A DNA stretch of 64,000 nt, taken from positions 159,280,001-159,344,000 of the forward strand of contig NC_086097.1 of assembly GCF_963921235.1 (NCBI RefSeq), in the 5' to 3' direction. The position numbers and the translations under genes were made by a program. The notes below the pieces were generated by a model. It worked only from the letters and a program-made list of their open reading frames with translations, had not been told where the DNA came from and did not search any database. Within the stretch, counting starts at the first letter, position 1. Each line of letters begins with the position of its first letter. Below, piece by piece: positions 1 to 10,844 of this stretch. Source of the DNA: Mobula hypostoma. Its lineage: Eukaryota.

Positions 1-720
1 TCTCATATCATCTTCCTTTAAGTAAAGCTGACAGACTGGATGATCAGCTGCATTCAACACACTTGTGTCTCCAGCCTGTACTTCTCTTTCTTTGCACATA
101 GTTCCCTTTGAAGGAATCCATGTCATTCACTTTAACTACTCCAAGTGGCAGTAAGTTGCAGATTTTCATCTCTCTGAGGGAAGGAGTTCCTTTGAAATTT
201 TCATCATCTTTATTAGTGATGTACTCTAGATTTTGGGCTTCCTCTTAAGTGGAAGTACCTTTTTGTTTAACACCAGAGGAGGTTTCTGCTGGTGAACTTC
301 TTTGGTGATTCACCTGACTGAGCACAGGAACGACCAGAGAAGATCAAAGGTATGTAGGGTACTGTCCAAGTTAACCAGAGGACATTTCCAGTGTTTGCCC
401 TTCAATCCAGGTAAAAAACAACAGCACAGAATGGAAAATATTAAGATATTTAAGTTCCATCTGGGACTGCAGACTGCTCATTCATGGGCTCTCCCACTTC
501 ACTATCATAGATTTAATTAATCAACAATAGAAAATGGAATTAGCAAGGTATGGATAAATAACCTCTTTGTTAAACATGCAGATATAAACATTATACAGAG
601 TGCAGGTAGATTATTTTCCACCGAAGAGGGAGATGAAGATTTTACCCCAATGGATATAAGAGAACTGTAACAATTGTTTATTTCCATATAGGCACCCTGT
701 ATTATGTTTCTGTATATTGT

Positions 721-740
721 TCTCTCTCTCTCTCTCTCTC
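721..740. repeat. (TC)n microsatellite
   Basis: Ten TC units read directly. Confidence 0.95.
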
Positions 741-865
741 ATTATTTCCATGTGTTGTATAAAAATGTATACATTTTACTGTGATTGTTTATTTATAATG
801 TATTATATTACATAATATTTATAATTTTTTCTTAACTAAATTGTTTTTAATTTGTGTGTCTGTGT

Positions 866-1599
866 TTAGAAACTTAGAAAACCTAAAGCACAATACAGGC
901 CCTTCGGCCCACAAAGTTGTGCCTAACATGCTTACCCATAGCCCTCTATTTTTCTAAGCTCCATGTACCTATCCAAAAGTCTCTTAAAAGACCCTATCGG
1001 ATCTGCCTCCACCACCATTGCCGGCAGCCCATTCCACGTACTCACCACTCCCTGAATAAAAAACTTACCCCTGACATCTCCTCTGTACCTACTCCCCAGC
1101 ACCTTAAACCTGTGTCCTCTTGTGGCAACCATTTCAGCCCTGGGAAAAAGCCTCTGACTATCCACATGATCAATGCCTCTCACCACCTTATAAACTTCTA
1201 TCAGGTCACCTCTCATCCTCCGTCGCTCCAAGGAGGAAAGGCTGAGTTCACTCAACCTATCCTCATAAGACATGCTCCCCAATACAGGCAACACCCTTGT
1301 AAATCTCCTTTGCACCCTTTCTATGGTTTCCACATCCTTTCTGTAGTGAAGCGACCAGAACTGAGCACAGTACTCCAAGTGGGGTCTGACCAGGGTCCTA
1401 TATAGTTGCAACATTACCTCTCGGTTCCTAAATTCAATTCCATTATTGATGAAGGCCAATACACGTATGCCTTCTTAACCATAGAGTCAACCTGCGCAGC
1501 CGCTTTGCGCGTCCTATGGACTCTGACTCCAAGATTCCTCTGATCCTTCACACTGCCAAGAGTCTTACCATTAATACTATATTCTGCCATCATATTTGA
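866..1599 (-). mobile_element. CR1 LINE, 5'-truncated 3' fragment (young)
   Basis: ORF 932..1459(-) LYRTLVRPHLEYCAQFWS...RRMRGDLIEVYK...WNGLP is the CR1 ORF2 C-terminus; 3' UTR contains TGTGGGCCGAAGGGCCTGT and a TTCTA-type tail. Confidence 0.93.
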
Positions 1600-1629
1600 A
1601 ATAAAACATTACAGGATTTTGGAAAATAA

Positions 1630-1720
1630 TTGTCCTGGAGGAACGTTGTTTCATTTTTAATGTGCACTGTACAAGCAGTTTATGGTCGAAATGACAATAA
1701 AAAGCAACTTGACTTGACTT
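1630..1720 (+). mobile_element. LINE 3' terminus (Rex1/Babar-type tail)
   Basis: TCCTGGAGGAACGTTGTTTCATTTT...AAATGACAATAAAAAG plus a (ACTTG)n tail; same motif at 30295-30375(-) and a related one at 22316-22400. Confidence 0.65.
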
Positions 1721-3894
1721 AAAACAGGAAATCCTTATTTGATTAGGTGGGATAAGTACCTCGATGATTTTTTTTTCTCATTCTTGACTTATGCTGATGT
1801 ACTTGTCCAATGAAAAACTTACATTTCTTCCATTATTCTTTCCTAATAAGAATTAAGCTTGAAATTGGGATTAAGGTTTATAGGGATGGGCTCATACTGA
1901 AATTATCACTTACATCATGATGCACAATGGTTCCTGTTACCAAGATTGGCAAGGGAGGGGAATGTTTACAGAGTAAAATGCAACACCTTTCCATCTGCAC
2001 ATGTTTAAATATATATATTTATATATATGTCTGTTACTTATTCATGAACCAAATTCTGTCGAGTTTACTGCTGAGTTTCAGCCTGGACTGAGAAACAGAG
2101 CTACTTGATTTAAAAAAAATCAAGAGCATTTGATGAGCAGAAGAAAATGGCTATAAAAAAAAACATTTAACGTGATTGCATAGAAATCAAAGCAAATAAG
2201 ACTGAGTGTGATGGCGAAGTAAATCACTGGACAAATAAACCCTTCAGAATATCTTTTAAATTTTGGATACACATCTTTAGTAATGCTTCTACAATTGCTG
2301 TTCTATATGGCTATTTCTTGAATTAATGCTCTCATCTTTATTTAACTGTTACAATTGTTTTCTGCTGATATTTTATCTGTCAAAGGACCAGTAGCATTTT
2401 TCACCCTTTTAGTCCCTTACACAATATTCTTGAGCTTGGAAGTAAATGGCAGTAGGCTAACCAGACAGACAAGCATTGTAATAGTACTCATTTGCCTCCT
2501 TGCTCCTTACTCCTTACTGACATGAATGCAAACATTTTAATCAGTGGGAAATAGTTCCCAAAGAAGAGCTATCACATAACCTCATTCTTGGAGGATGGAT
2601 ACACAGCAAAGCCAGCAGTTTTTTCATCTCCTTGTACTGCTGAATCAAAGCCTAGAGACCTAAGAAGGCTAGACCACGTAAAGACAACTGATCTCCTGCC
2701 TTGGTGGAAAAAAAGTAAGTGAAAAACAAGGGAATTTGCTAAAAACCTATTACTTCATGGTCAACATTCCTGGTTCAATTTTCAGTGGCTGAATGTTAGT
2801 CTCAAGATCAATAGTCCAATCCTCTGTATATAATTCCTGTAGCTTAACCTACTGAATAAATGCATAAGATGGTTCTTTTCTCCACCTTGCTTCAGCCAGT
2901 TTTATCAACCTTGCCACAGACTCGCCGTAGATAGAATACTCTACACCTTTGATCTTTCTTGTCTGTTTGTCTCAGCTACTCGTTGGTTAAGCTCAATGAG
3001 CCATTGATGAAACCCTTTCTGGGTTTCTTTTATTTGAATAGACATTATATTTCAGCTTTGCTACACGTTTGAAATGTCACAACCATCTGGCATCACTAAA
3101 TCTTTGCTGAATTTGATGAAATTTTAACTGGGCTTCTGTTATTCCCTGGAGATTCAACTACATGGAATGGTTGATAGAACCCCTTGAAGGCATTTGTTTT
3201 AAATTGGATAATGTTGGCTTAAAGTAGTCCAATTAAATCTAAGTCATGGTCCTTTTACAGGGCCCATTCTTATATGCTAGGAAGATCAAACTGATCGACA
3301 GGGCGGAAAATAAAATAACAAAAACACAATTTATCTGTCAATGTACTATGTCTCCAAGGATTGTTCAGCAGATGGTTTGGCCAAACTGTTAATATACTCA
3401 AAATTGTTATTGATTTATTTATGACTTGTAACCTGCACATTGTAAATGCACAGATGAGAGAGAGTGTTGGCCCTGTGGGACTGATGGTTGTATTTTTAAA
3501 CAGACAAATGATTTGTTGAGAAATGTGGTTTTAAACAAAACAAACCTCAGGAAAATGTGTAAAATAAGAGATCAGCCTTACATCACATCCCTATTTTCCA
3601 CAATCATGTTTGGCAGACATATTGTGCCAAACATTTCATATCATAACACCATGAAAGATGCAAAACTGGTACCTTCTTGTGTTCCTTATGTTGCTGCTTT
3701 CAACATTCCTGTTCTAGTTCTGAATGTTTAGCCTTCACTATCTTTGCTGGGTCTATTATGGTAGATCGATGGTCAGTTGACACATTCACCAGTTGAGTAC
3801 TATGCTTTTCTGATGGATGCTACAGCGAGTGAGTTTGAAGGCACGTTCTTTCTGTATAATGCTAGAGTTTAAATAGTAGGTGAGTATATTGAAC

Positions 3895-4075
3895 CAAAGA
3901 TCATACAATGATGTTGTGTCGACCTACAGCATATAAACGTTCTACAGGAACAACCTCCTACACAGCCATGCATGTGCCTCTCCAAGAGTCTCTTGTGTGT
4001 CCCCCATGTATCATTCTCTATCAGAACCCACAGAACTGTATTCCAGGCACATACCACTCTCACTGTAAAAATACC
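3895..4075 (-). mobile_element. CR1 3' end fragment (decayed)
   Basis: ORF 3869..4063(-) RVVCAWNTV...KRLLERHM resembles the CR1 C-terminus RVVxxWNxLP...FKRLLDRYM. Confidence 0.7.
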
Positions 4076-4404
4076 ACTCTCATCTTCAAACTACTTTTAC
4101 TCTATCATTATATGGCTTTATGAGGATAGTCAACATAGTTTTAAAACCATGGTTTAAAAATTTTAGTACTCTGTATAAAACCTCCTTCTGACATCTTCAT
4201 ATCATCAACCATAGATAAACTATCCAAATCAATTTAAACTGATGGGATCTTCAACTCTGTATGCCTTCTTTTGATTTATACAACCTGGGATATTGAGAGA
4301 TATTCATCGGGCCTTTTAGTTATAAAATCTTTAACAAATGTGAATCACAAAAGGCTTTAGGGTGAAAATACTTACCCTCCAATTGCTTGGCTCTAGCCTG
4401 AACA

Positions 4405-5700
4405 TTGAATGTTCCTGATGACAAACAAGATGGGTATGAAAGTAAGCTGTGAAGTCATAAGGTACAAAGAGATAGAGATAGGTTAAATGAGTGGACAAAG
4501 ATCAGCCAAATGAAATAAAATGTGGGGAAATGTGAACCTATCCATTTTGGCAAAAAAAAAATTGTCTGATTTGAGAGTTTGCAGAGCTCTGAAATGTAAT
4601 GGAATCTGGAGTGCCCTGGTCAGTGTGCAGGAACAGCAAATCACTAGGAAAGATAACAGAATATTATCTGTCAGCTTGAGGTGTATTCAGTGCAAAAGTA
4701 CGGAAGTTTTGCTCAATTATATGGGGTACATTTGTGACAATATCTGGAATTATCTTTGTTTAAGAAAGGATTGAAAGTTGTCCAGAGAGAGATTACTAGT
4801 TGAATACCTGGAATGGGTGGATTGTTTCACGATAAGAGGTTGGATATGCTTGGATTATATAATCAGAGACCACTTTATTAGGTACCTCCTGTACCTAATA
4901 AAGTGGCCACTGAGGGTATGTTTGTGGTCTTCTGCTGCAGTAGCCCATCCAAGGTTAGATGCGTTGTGTGATCAGAGATGCTCTTCTTTACAGCACTGAT
5001 CTCTCTCACTAACAATGTGTTTTTGCCCACAGAACTGCTGCTCACAGGATTTTACTTTTTGCTTTTTGCACCATTCTTTGTAATCTCTATAAAATGCTGT
5101 GCAGCAGTTTCTGAGATACTTAAAGCAACCTGTTTGGCACCAGCAGTTATTCCATGGTCAGAATTACTTGGATCATGTTTATTCCTCATTCAGATATTTG
5201 GTCTGAACTTATCCTTTTGACCATGTCTGCAAGCTTTTATGCATTGAATTGCTGCCATATGATTGGCTGATTAGATATTTGTATTAGGAGCAGGTGTACC
5301 TAATAAAGTGGCCATTGAATATATATGCTGGAGTTTAGACAAGGGGTTTCATTGAAACGTAGCATCGTGAGAGGCTTTGACAAGTAAAGCATGGTGACCA
5401 TGTATTTCATCTTGTGGGATGAACTAGAATTTTGGGCCACTGTTTAAAAATCAGACATCATCCATTTAAGAAAGCAATGAGACAATGTCTTTTCTCTCAT
5501 ACATTTGGGAGTCCTTGGAATGCTTTCCTTCAAAGGGTAGTGGAAACAGAATCTTTGAATATTTGAAGGCAGATGTACTTGACAAGAAAGGATTGAAAGG
5601 TTAAATGGGATGCTGGGAATGCAGAGCTGAGGTTAAATCCAGATCAGTAATAATCCTATTAAATGTTGAAGCAGGCTCAGGAGACCAGTTGGCTAATACA
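4405..5700 (+). mobile_element. CR1 LINE RT/3' fragment (old), split by a Tc1-type insertion
   Basis: Decayed CR1 signatures (GATAGGTTAAATGAGTGG, AATGTGGGGAAATGTGAA, CATTTTGG); sequence resumes after 5321 with CTGGAGTTTAGA...ATTGAAAC and a CR1-like 3' UTR. Confidence 0.75.
4860..5321. mobile_element. Non-autonomous Tc1/mariner-type element (MITE)
   Basis: TIR CCACTTTATTAGGTAC at 4870-4885; inverse GTACCTAATAAAGTGGCCA at 5296-5314; TA-rich flanks; an extra inverted TIR copy at 4891-4914. Confidence 0.8.
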
Positions 5701-6059
5701 TCCAATATTAATTCATATGTTAATACATTATCTAGGCATATGTGTAGAATGTCTAACAAACAAATGTCATGATGCCGTACAAGATTTAATAGAAGAAATT
5801 ATTCTGGTGAAAGGAGCACGTTACTACGCAAAAATGATGATTGTCACTTGTCTCTAGTATTTACAATCTTGTCCTAATGGTAGTTTAGCCATTGACACCA
5901 GTCAAAGAAAGGGTCGGTGTAGAGCACTGGGGATGGGAGAAGAAGGGATGTGAAGATAGAGTAGTGGTGTATCTCCCGCTTTCTTTTGCTTTGCTGTTGG
6001 TACATTTACTTGGACTAGATCAGTCTAACCAAATATCTTTTATTGAAGGTATCGACCCA

Positions 6060-6185
6060 AGAGATTCTGTAGATACTGGAAATCTTGAGCAACACATATA
6101 AAATGCTGGAAGAAAACAGCAAGTCAAGCAGCATCTATGGAGGGGGAATAAACAGTCAATGTTTCAGGCCAAGACTGTTCATCTT
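6060..6185 (-). mobile_element. Penelope-like terminal repeat (pLTR) fragment
   Basis: AAATGCTGGAAGAAAACAGCAAGTCAAGCAGCATCTATGGA...ACAGTCAATGTTTCAGGCCAAGAC matches the repeat attached to the Penelope RT/GIY-YIG element at 55476-57045. Confidence 0.75.
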
Positions 6186-6744
6186 TCTGACACTAAACAG
6201 TAGCATCTAGTACAAAAACGTATCGAGATCATTCCATGCATCCATTCAATTCTTGAAGATGCATTCACACTCATACATGCTATAAAGGGTGCAGAAAGTT
6301 AGATGTTAGCTTTGGTCAACTTCACTGTCTGGTCACTTCAACCAGAGCTGGCTGTGATGGTTGCTTTGCTGTTTCAGCCAAATTTCCATCCATTTAAGTG
6401 AATATAAAGTTGGAGAAGGATGATAAATGAAATCTGTACGGGAGATCAATTTTAACAATTACATCAATATTGAAATGTGTTGCATAGTCTTCATATGAAA
6501 CAAGCTTTATCTAGCAGCTACATACTTTACAAGGGGTGAAATATTTCATTTGCTGTGGTGAGAGAAAACTACCAACTGAACATTATTTTGAAAGCAAGCT
6601 TTCTCAAACTAAATAGCAGTCTGTGCATTCTGCTTCTCTTCATGTAATTCCTCAAGATTTTTGAGGCCAGAAACTTTGGGAAATTCAGTGAAAGTTAATT
6701 TGTAAATCAGAAGTTGGAGAGAGAGAGCCTATTGACCCTCAAGA

Positions 6745-7131
6745 AGTGAGGCTTGGAGAAGCAACGGGGAAGATTGTAACATCCGAACAGCAAGTAGCCG
6801 GTTTCCATCTTCGTTGTTGCAGGAGTGATATCTCTCTCCTTCGCTGGGGGAGAGAGCCTGTCTGAGATACCAAAGTACTGATTTGTGGACTCTGGATCAA
6901 GGACTCCTTGGGGCTTCTGCTGTTGCTTGCATGGTGGGGGTTGGGGTTGGTGCTCTTGTTAACACAGGTTGGCAGAGGGGCATCAATGCTTTTGCTGCTG
7001 CCTGTGTGAAGTGAGGGTCTTTGGGGCTTCATTCATTCTGTGGGTTTTTTTTTTGTTTTGTGGATGTCTGTGTAGAGTATGAATTTCAGGTTGTATACTG
7101 TATACAACCTGACATTAAACGTACCTTTGAA
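6745..7131 (+). mobile_element. Non-coding retroelement fragment with Rex1-type 3' tail
   Basis: GC-rich body ending GAATTTCAGGTTGTATA...ATTAAAC...CTTTGAA, the same tail as the LINEs ending at 23838 and 46265. Confidence 0.55.
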
Positions 7132-7134
7132 ATT

Positions 7135-7385
7135 ACAGAAGCAGAACATGCTCAGAATAATCACCAAGTCAGGTAGACCTCATGGAGATGGAAAAAAACA
7201 CCTAAACATCAGATCAAAGGCCTTTCACCAGCTGCCCCTCTGTAACTTAAAACACAACCATTTTGCAATTTTTGCTAGTGCTGTTGAAAAACCATTATCC
7301 TGAAGAATTGGCTCCTTTTCTCTCTCCAGGTACTGCTTGAAACAGTGAAGCTTCCTATGTTTTCTGTTTCAGTTTAAAATTTCCA
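7135..7385. mobile_element. Decayed inverted pair of Penelope pLTR repeats
   Basis: AACATGCTCAGAATAATCACCAAGTCAGGTAGACCTCATGGAGA on the left; CTCTCCAGGTACTGCTTGAAACAGTGAAGCTTCC...AAATTTCCA as the inverted copy. Confidence 0.5.
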
Positions 7386-7669
7386 ACAACAAGTTATTTG
7401 CTTTTGAATTACATAAGAAATTCTACGTGCACTGTTAGTGTATTATTTACATGTGTGGCAAGAGTGTGCAATGGTACCTGCAACAGCATTCTCAAATGAT
7501 AATATGTATGTATTTAAAGCATCTTATTTTGAATTCCATTTCTTTTTAAGTAACTATTATTAGCAGAAGCAAAAACATACTATTCAAAGAATCATGTCAG
7601 CAAATAGGGATCAAAACAAGTTTATCCTTGAAATGACAAAGGTAATCATTGTTCACAACAACTTAATAT

Positions 7670-8875
7670 GCATTACAGAATGGTGAGTCTTACACCAGTG
7701 GTAAGGAAATTAACGGAGAAGATTCTTAGGGACAGGATTTACTCACATTTGTTAAAGTACAGACTTATTAGGCATAGTCACAATAGCTTTGTGTGGGGGA
7801 GTTCCTATCTCATAAACTCGATTACATTTTTTGAGGAAGTGGTGAAATGATTGATGAGGGTGGGGTAGTAGATGTTGTCTATGTGGACTCTAGTAACGCA
7901 TCTGACAAGGATCCTCATGGTAGTCTGATCCAGAAGGTTATGTCACATGGGATCCACAGCAAGTTGGATACAAAACTGGCTTGATCATAGAGGGTACTGG
8001 TGGAGGCATGTTATTCTGACTGGAGATCTGTGACAATTGCAGTTTGCAAGGATCAGTTCACTGATCACTGGAGGAAAATAAAAGCAGTCTGATCAATAAG
8101 TTTACAGATGATATGAAAATTGGTGGGTGGTGAGAAGGGATCACAACAGGACTTACGATGCCTATGAAAAGTATTCACCCACTTTGCAACACGCACAAAA
8201 TGCCGGAGGAACTCAGCAGGCCAGCAGCATCTATGGAAAAGAGTGCAGTCGATATTTTGGGCCGAGACCCTTCCGCAGGACTGCTGAAGTCACATTGCAT
8301 CTGTATAAAACTTTAGTTCAACCACATTTGGAGTATTATGCACTCTTCACAAAGGCTATGGAGGCTTTGAAAAGGATGTGGAAGAGATTCATGTGGAAAT
8401 TGACAGAATTGGACAGTATTGGCTGTAAGGAGAGCACAATTAAACATTGCAGACTGAGGAGAAACCAGATAGAAGTATATAAAATTATGGAATGCATGGA
8501 TGAGTTAGATAGTCAGAGTCTTTTTTCAAGCTGGAAATAATATATACTAGAAGGCATATGTTTAAGGGGAGAGGAGGAATGTTTGAAGAAGATCTGCGAG
8601 GCAAGTGTTTTATTAAGAGAATTCCAGAGAATGGCTCCTTCCACATTCAGAGGATGGGAAAAATAATTCGCAATGGCCTGGAATGTACTGCCCAGAGTGG
8701 TAGTAGAAGCAGATATGGTGGCAGTGTTTAAGATACATTTGGAAAGACACAAAGAGCAGGTAGTAGAGGAATAGAGACCATGTAGACAGATGGGTTGAGT
8801 TAGACTGCATAATAGCTGGAACAGACACAGCAAGCCAAAGAACTTATGCCTGCACTATACTGTTCTGTGCTCTGT
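7670..8875 (+). mobile_element. CR1 LINE ORF2 (RT) fragment with 3' UTR, decayed
   Basis: YRMVSLTPVVRKLTEKILRDRI (7668..7850), LYKTLVQPHLEYY...IEVYKIM (8127..8540), tail ACTGTTCTGTGCTCTGTG. Confidence 0.88.
8186..8283 (-). mobile_element. Penelope pLTR inserted within CR1
   Basis: CAACACGCACAAAATGCCGGAGGAACTCAGCAGGCCAGCAGCATCTATGG...GAGACCCTTCCGCAGGACT is homologous to the arm at 10243-10341. Confidence 0.8.
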
Positions 8876-9486
8876 GTTCCATCTTTTATATACTAAAAGA
8901 TGAAGTTGGTTGGAAATTAGTTGACATGCTAATCAAGGTTTAATTTTATGTTGTTTAAATGAAACAAAAGAAGCTGGTTAACACACCATTTTACTGATTT
9001 TAGCTGGAGTTGTTAAAAGCCGCTTTAACACCTACACAGCAGACCAGCCAATGAGGAGACAGTTTATTTAATACAAAATGGCACTTGCTAAGTGCACTGA
9101 GAATCCATTTAGACCCATGAAATAACATTTAAGCTTTTCCAGCAGTAAAGGGATGATTACTGCCACAGCTAGTGCTATGTGTTTGGGAATGCATATTTCA
9201 TGTTGAGTAAAGTAAGGCAGAAGGGGGTGGAAGCTGCCTTTCTTTGAGCAACTACTCAAACATTGAATGAAAGCAATAAACAGGAGTGAGTCAAGGGAGA
9301 GAAACGGTGATGCAGAGCACAGAAACTTGGTGAGGAGATGGTTGCAAGTGCACGTCAAATTAAAACAAGCTTAAGAACACTTTTTTTTTGCTTGTTTACA
9401 ATACTAATAACCAAAACAGTTACCTCCAAAGACTGGGAAAATTTGATATTTTGTATATCAATACAACTTTGCATTTGCAACGTATA

Positions 9487-10225
9487 TAGATAGATAGACA
9501 TTTTATTGATCCCAAAGGAAATTACAGTGTCAGAGTAGCATTTCAAGTTCACTGATGTACAAATATTAGAAGAGAAGTAAGATGAATAAATAAAATATTT
9601 AAAAAATAAGTTACCTTAAACACTCTAACGGGAGGGAGTTAGCACTTCCCCAGCTATAGGTTGACTCATTATAGAGGCCTTATAGCTGAGGGTAAGAATG
9701 ACCTCATCTTGTGAAGTTTGAAGCAGCGCAGTTGTGTTAGTCTATTACTAAAAGCGCTCCTCTGTTCAGCCAAGGCGGCATGCAGAGGATGACAAACGCC
9801 CAGAATTGCCAGGATTCTCTGTAGGGTCTTTTGTTCTACCACAGCCATCAGTGTGTCCAGTTTGAGTCCTATAACAGAGCCGATCTTCCTAATCAGTTTA
9901 CTGAGCCTGTTGGCATCACCCGTGTTGATGCTATTGCCCCAGCATGCAACTGCGTAGAAGATTGTACTGGCAACAACAGACTGGTAGAACATGTGAAGGA
10001 GGGGGCTGCATACTCCAAAGGATCTCAGTCTCCTCAGGAAGCTGAGATGACTCTGGCCCTTCTCGTACACAGTCACAGTATTGGTGCCCCATTCAAGTCT
10101 GTCATTCGGGTGCACCCCTGTACTTATAGCTCCCCACCACATCCACATCCTCACCATCAATAGTAACAGGGAGCAGTGCAGGCTTCGTCTTCCTAAAGTG
10201 TATCACCATCTCCTTAGTCTTAATG
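9487..10225 (-). mobile_element. Rex1/Babar-type LINE 3' fragment
   Basis: ORF 9669..10160(-) HLSFLRRLRSFGV...FYQSVVASTIFYAVACWG and upstream KTKEMVIHFRK; 3' tail GGGATCAATAAA followed by (TCTA)n. Confidence 0.88.
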
Positions 10226-10303
10226 ACATACTGAATACTGATAACACACATCAAAGTTGCTGGTGAACGCAGCAGGCCAGGCAGCATCTCTAGGAAGAGG
10301 TGC

Positions 10304-10339
10304 AGTCGACGTTTCAGGCTGAGACCCTTCGTCAGGACT
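10304..10339 (-). ncRNA. Minimal type I hammerhead ribozyme motif
   Basis: Minus strand reads AGUC-CUGACGA-AGG(GUCUCAG)CCU-GAAAC-GUC-GACU: intact core, stem I AGUC/GACU, stem II AGG/CCU, loopless palindromic stem III (ACGU), GUC cleavage triplet. Confidence 0.7.
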
Positions 10340-10344
10340 AACTT

Positions 10345-10380
10345 AGTCCTGACGAAGGGTCTCGGCCTGAAACGTTGACT
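10345..10380 (+). ncRNA. Minimal type I hammerhead ribozyme motif
   Basis: AGUC-CUGACGA-AGG(GUCUCGG)CCU-GAAAC-GUU-GACU; same fold with a GUU triplet. Confidence 0.65.
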
Positions 10381-10509
10381 GCACCTCTTCCTAGAGATGC
10401 TGCCTGGCCTGCTGCGTTCACCAGCAACTTTGACGTGTGTTGCTTGAATTTCCAGCATCTGCAGGATTCCTGTTGTTTGTTACTGATTACTGATATTCAG
10501 CATGTACCT

Positions 10510-10840
10510 GTTGATCCTCACCAATTGTAAAGGTGTACCACATACAGCATGTAACACAGCTCGGTGTGGCAACTGCTTACCGACACTGATAGGAAATGCA
10601 GAGAGTTGTTGACACATCTCACACATCATGGAAGCAGAGAGATATAGATTCTTGATTAGTTAGGACATCAAAAGTTTTGGGGAGTAAGCAGGAAAATGGG
10701 GTTGAAAGGGATAATAAATCAGTGAGGATCAAATGATGGAGCAGACTCAATGGGCCGAATAGCTAAATCCTACTGCTATCTGTTATGGTTCTTACCAGCC
10801 TCCCCTCCTTCGATTCTGACTACACTTCTTGCTGTCTCAA
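10510..10840 (+). mobile_element. Rex1-type LINE fragment interrupted by a CR1 3' end (about 10634-10792)
   Basis: CACAGCTCGGTGTGGCAACTGC...GCAGAGAGTTGTTGACACA...CATCATGGAA resumes as ACCAGCCTCCCCTCC after a CR1 tail (GATAATAAATCAG...ATGGGCCGAAT...TTATGGTTCTT). Confidence 0.6.
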
Positions 10841-10844
10841 TTAG

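Larger units (their letters stand above)
10243..10480. mobile_element. Penelope-derived inverted-pLTR palindromic insertion with 7-bp TSD
   Basis: Arms 10243-10341 and 10343-10441 are reverse complements with 3 mismatches; TACTGAT flanks at 10236-10242 and 10481-10487. Confidence 0.9.

Noticed and set aside
917..1405. 162-aa plus-strand ORF
   Set aside because: Antisense shadow of the CR1 ORF2 on the minus strand.
10243..10441. Assembly artefact or pre-miRNA
   Set aside because: Three CpG-type arm differences and a TSD argue for a real insertion, and the arms are Penelope repeat. An artefact is not formally excluded without reads.
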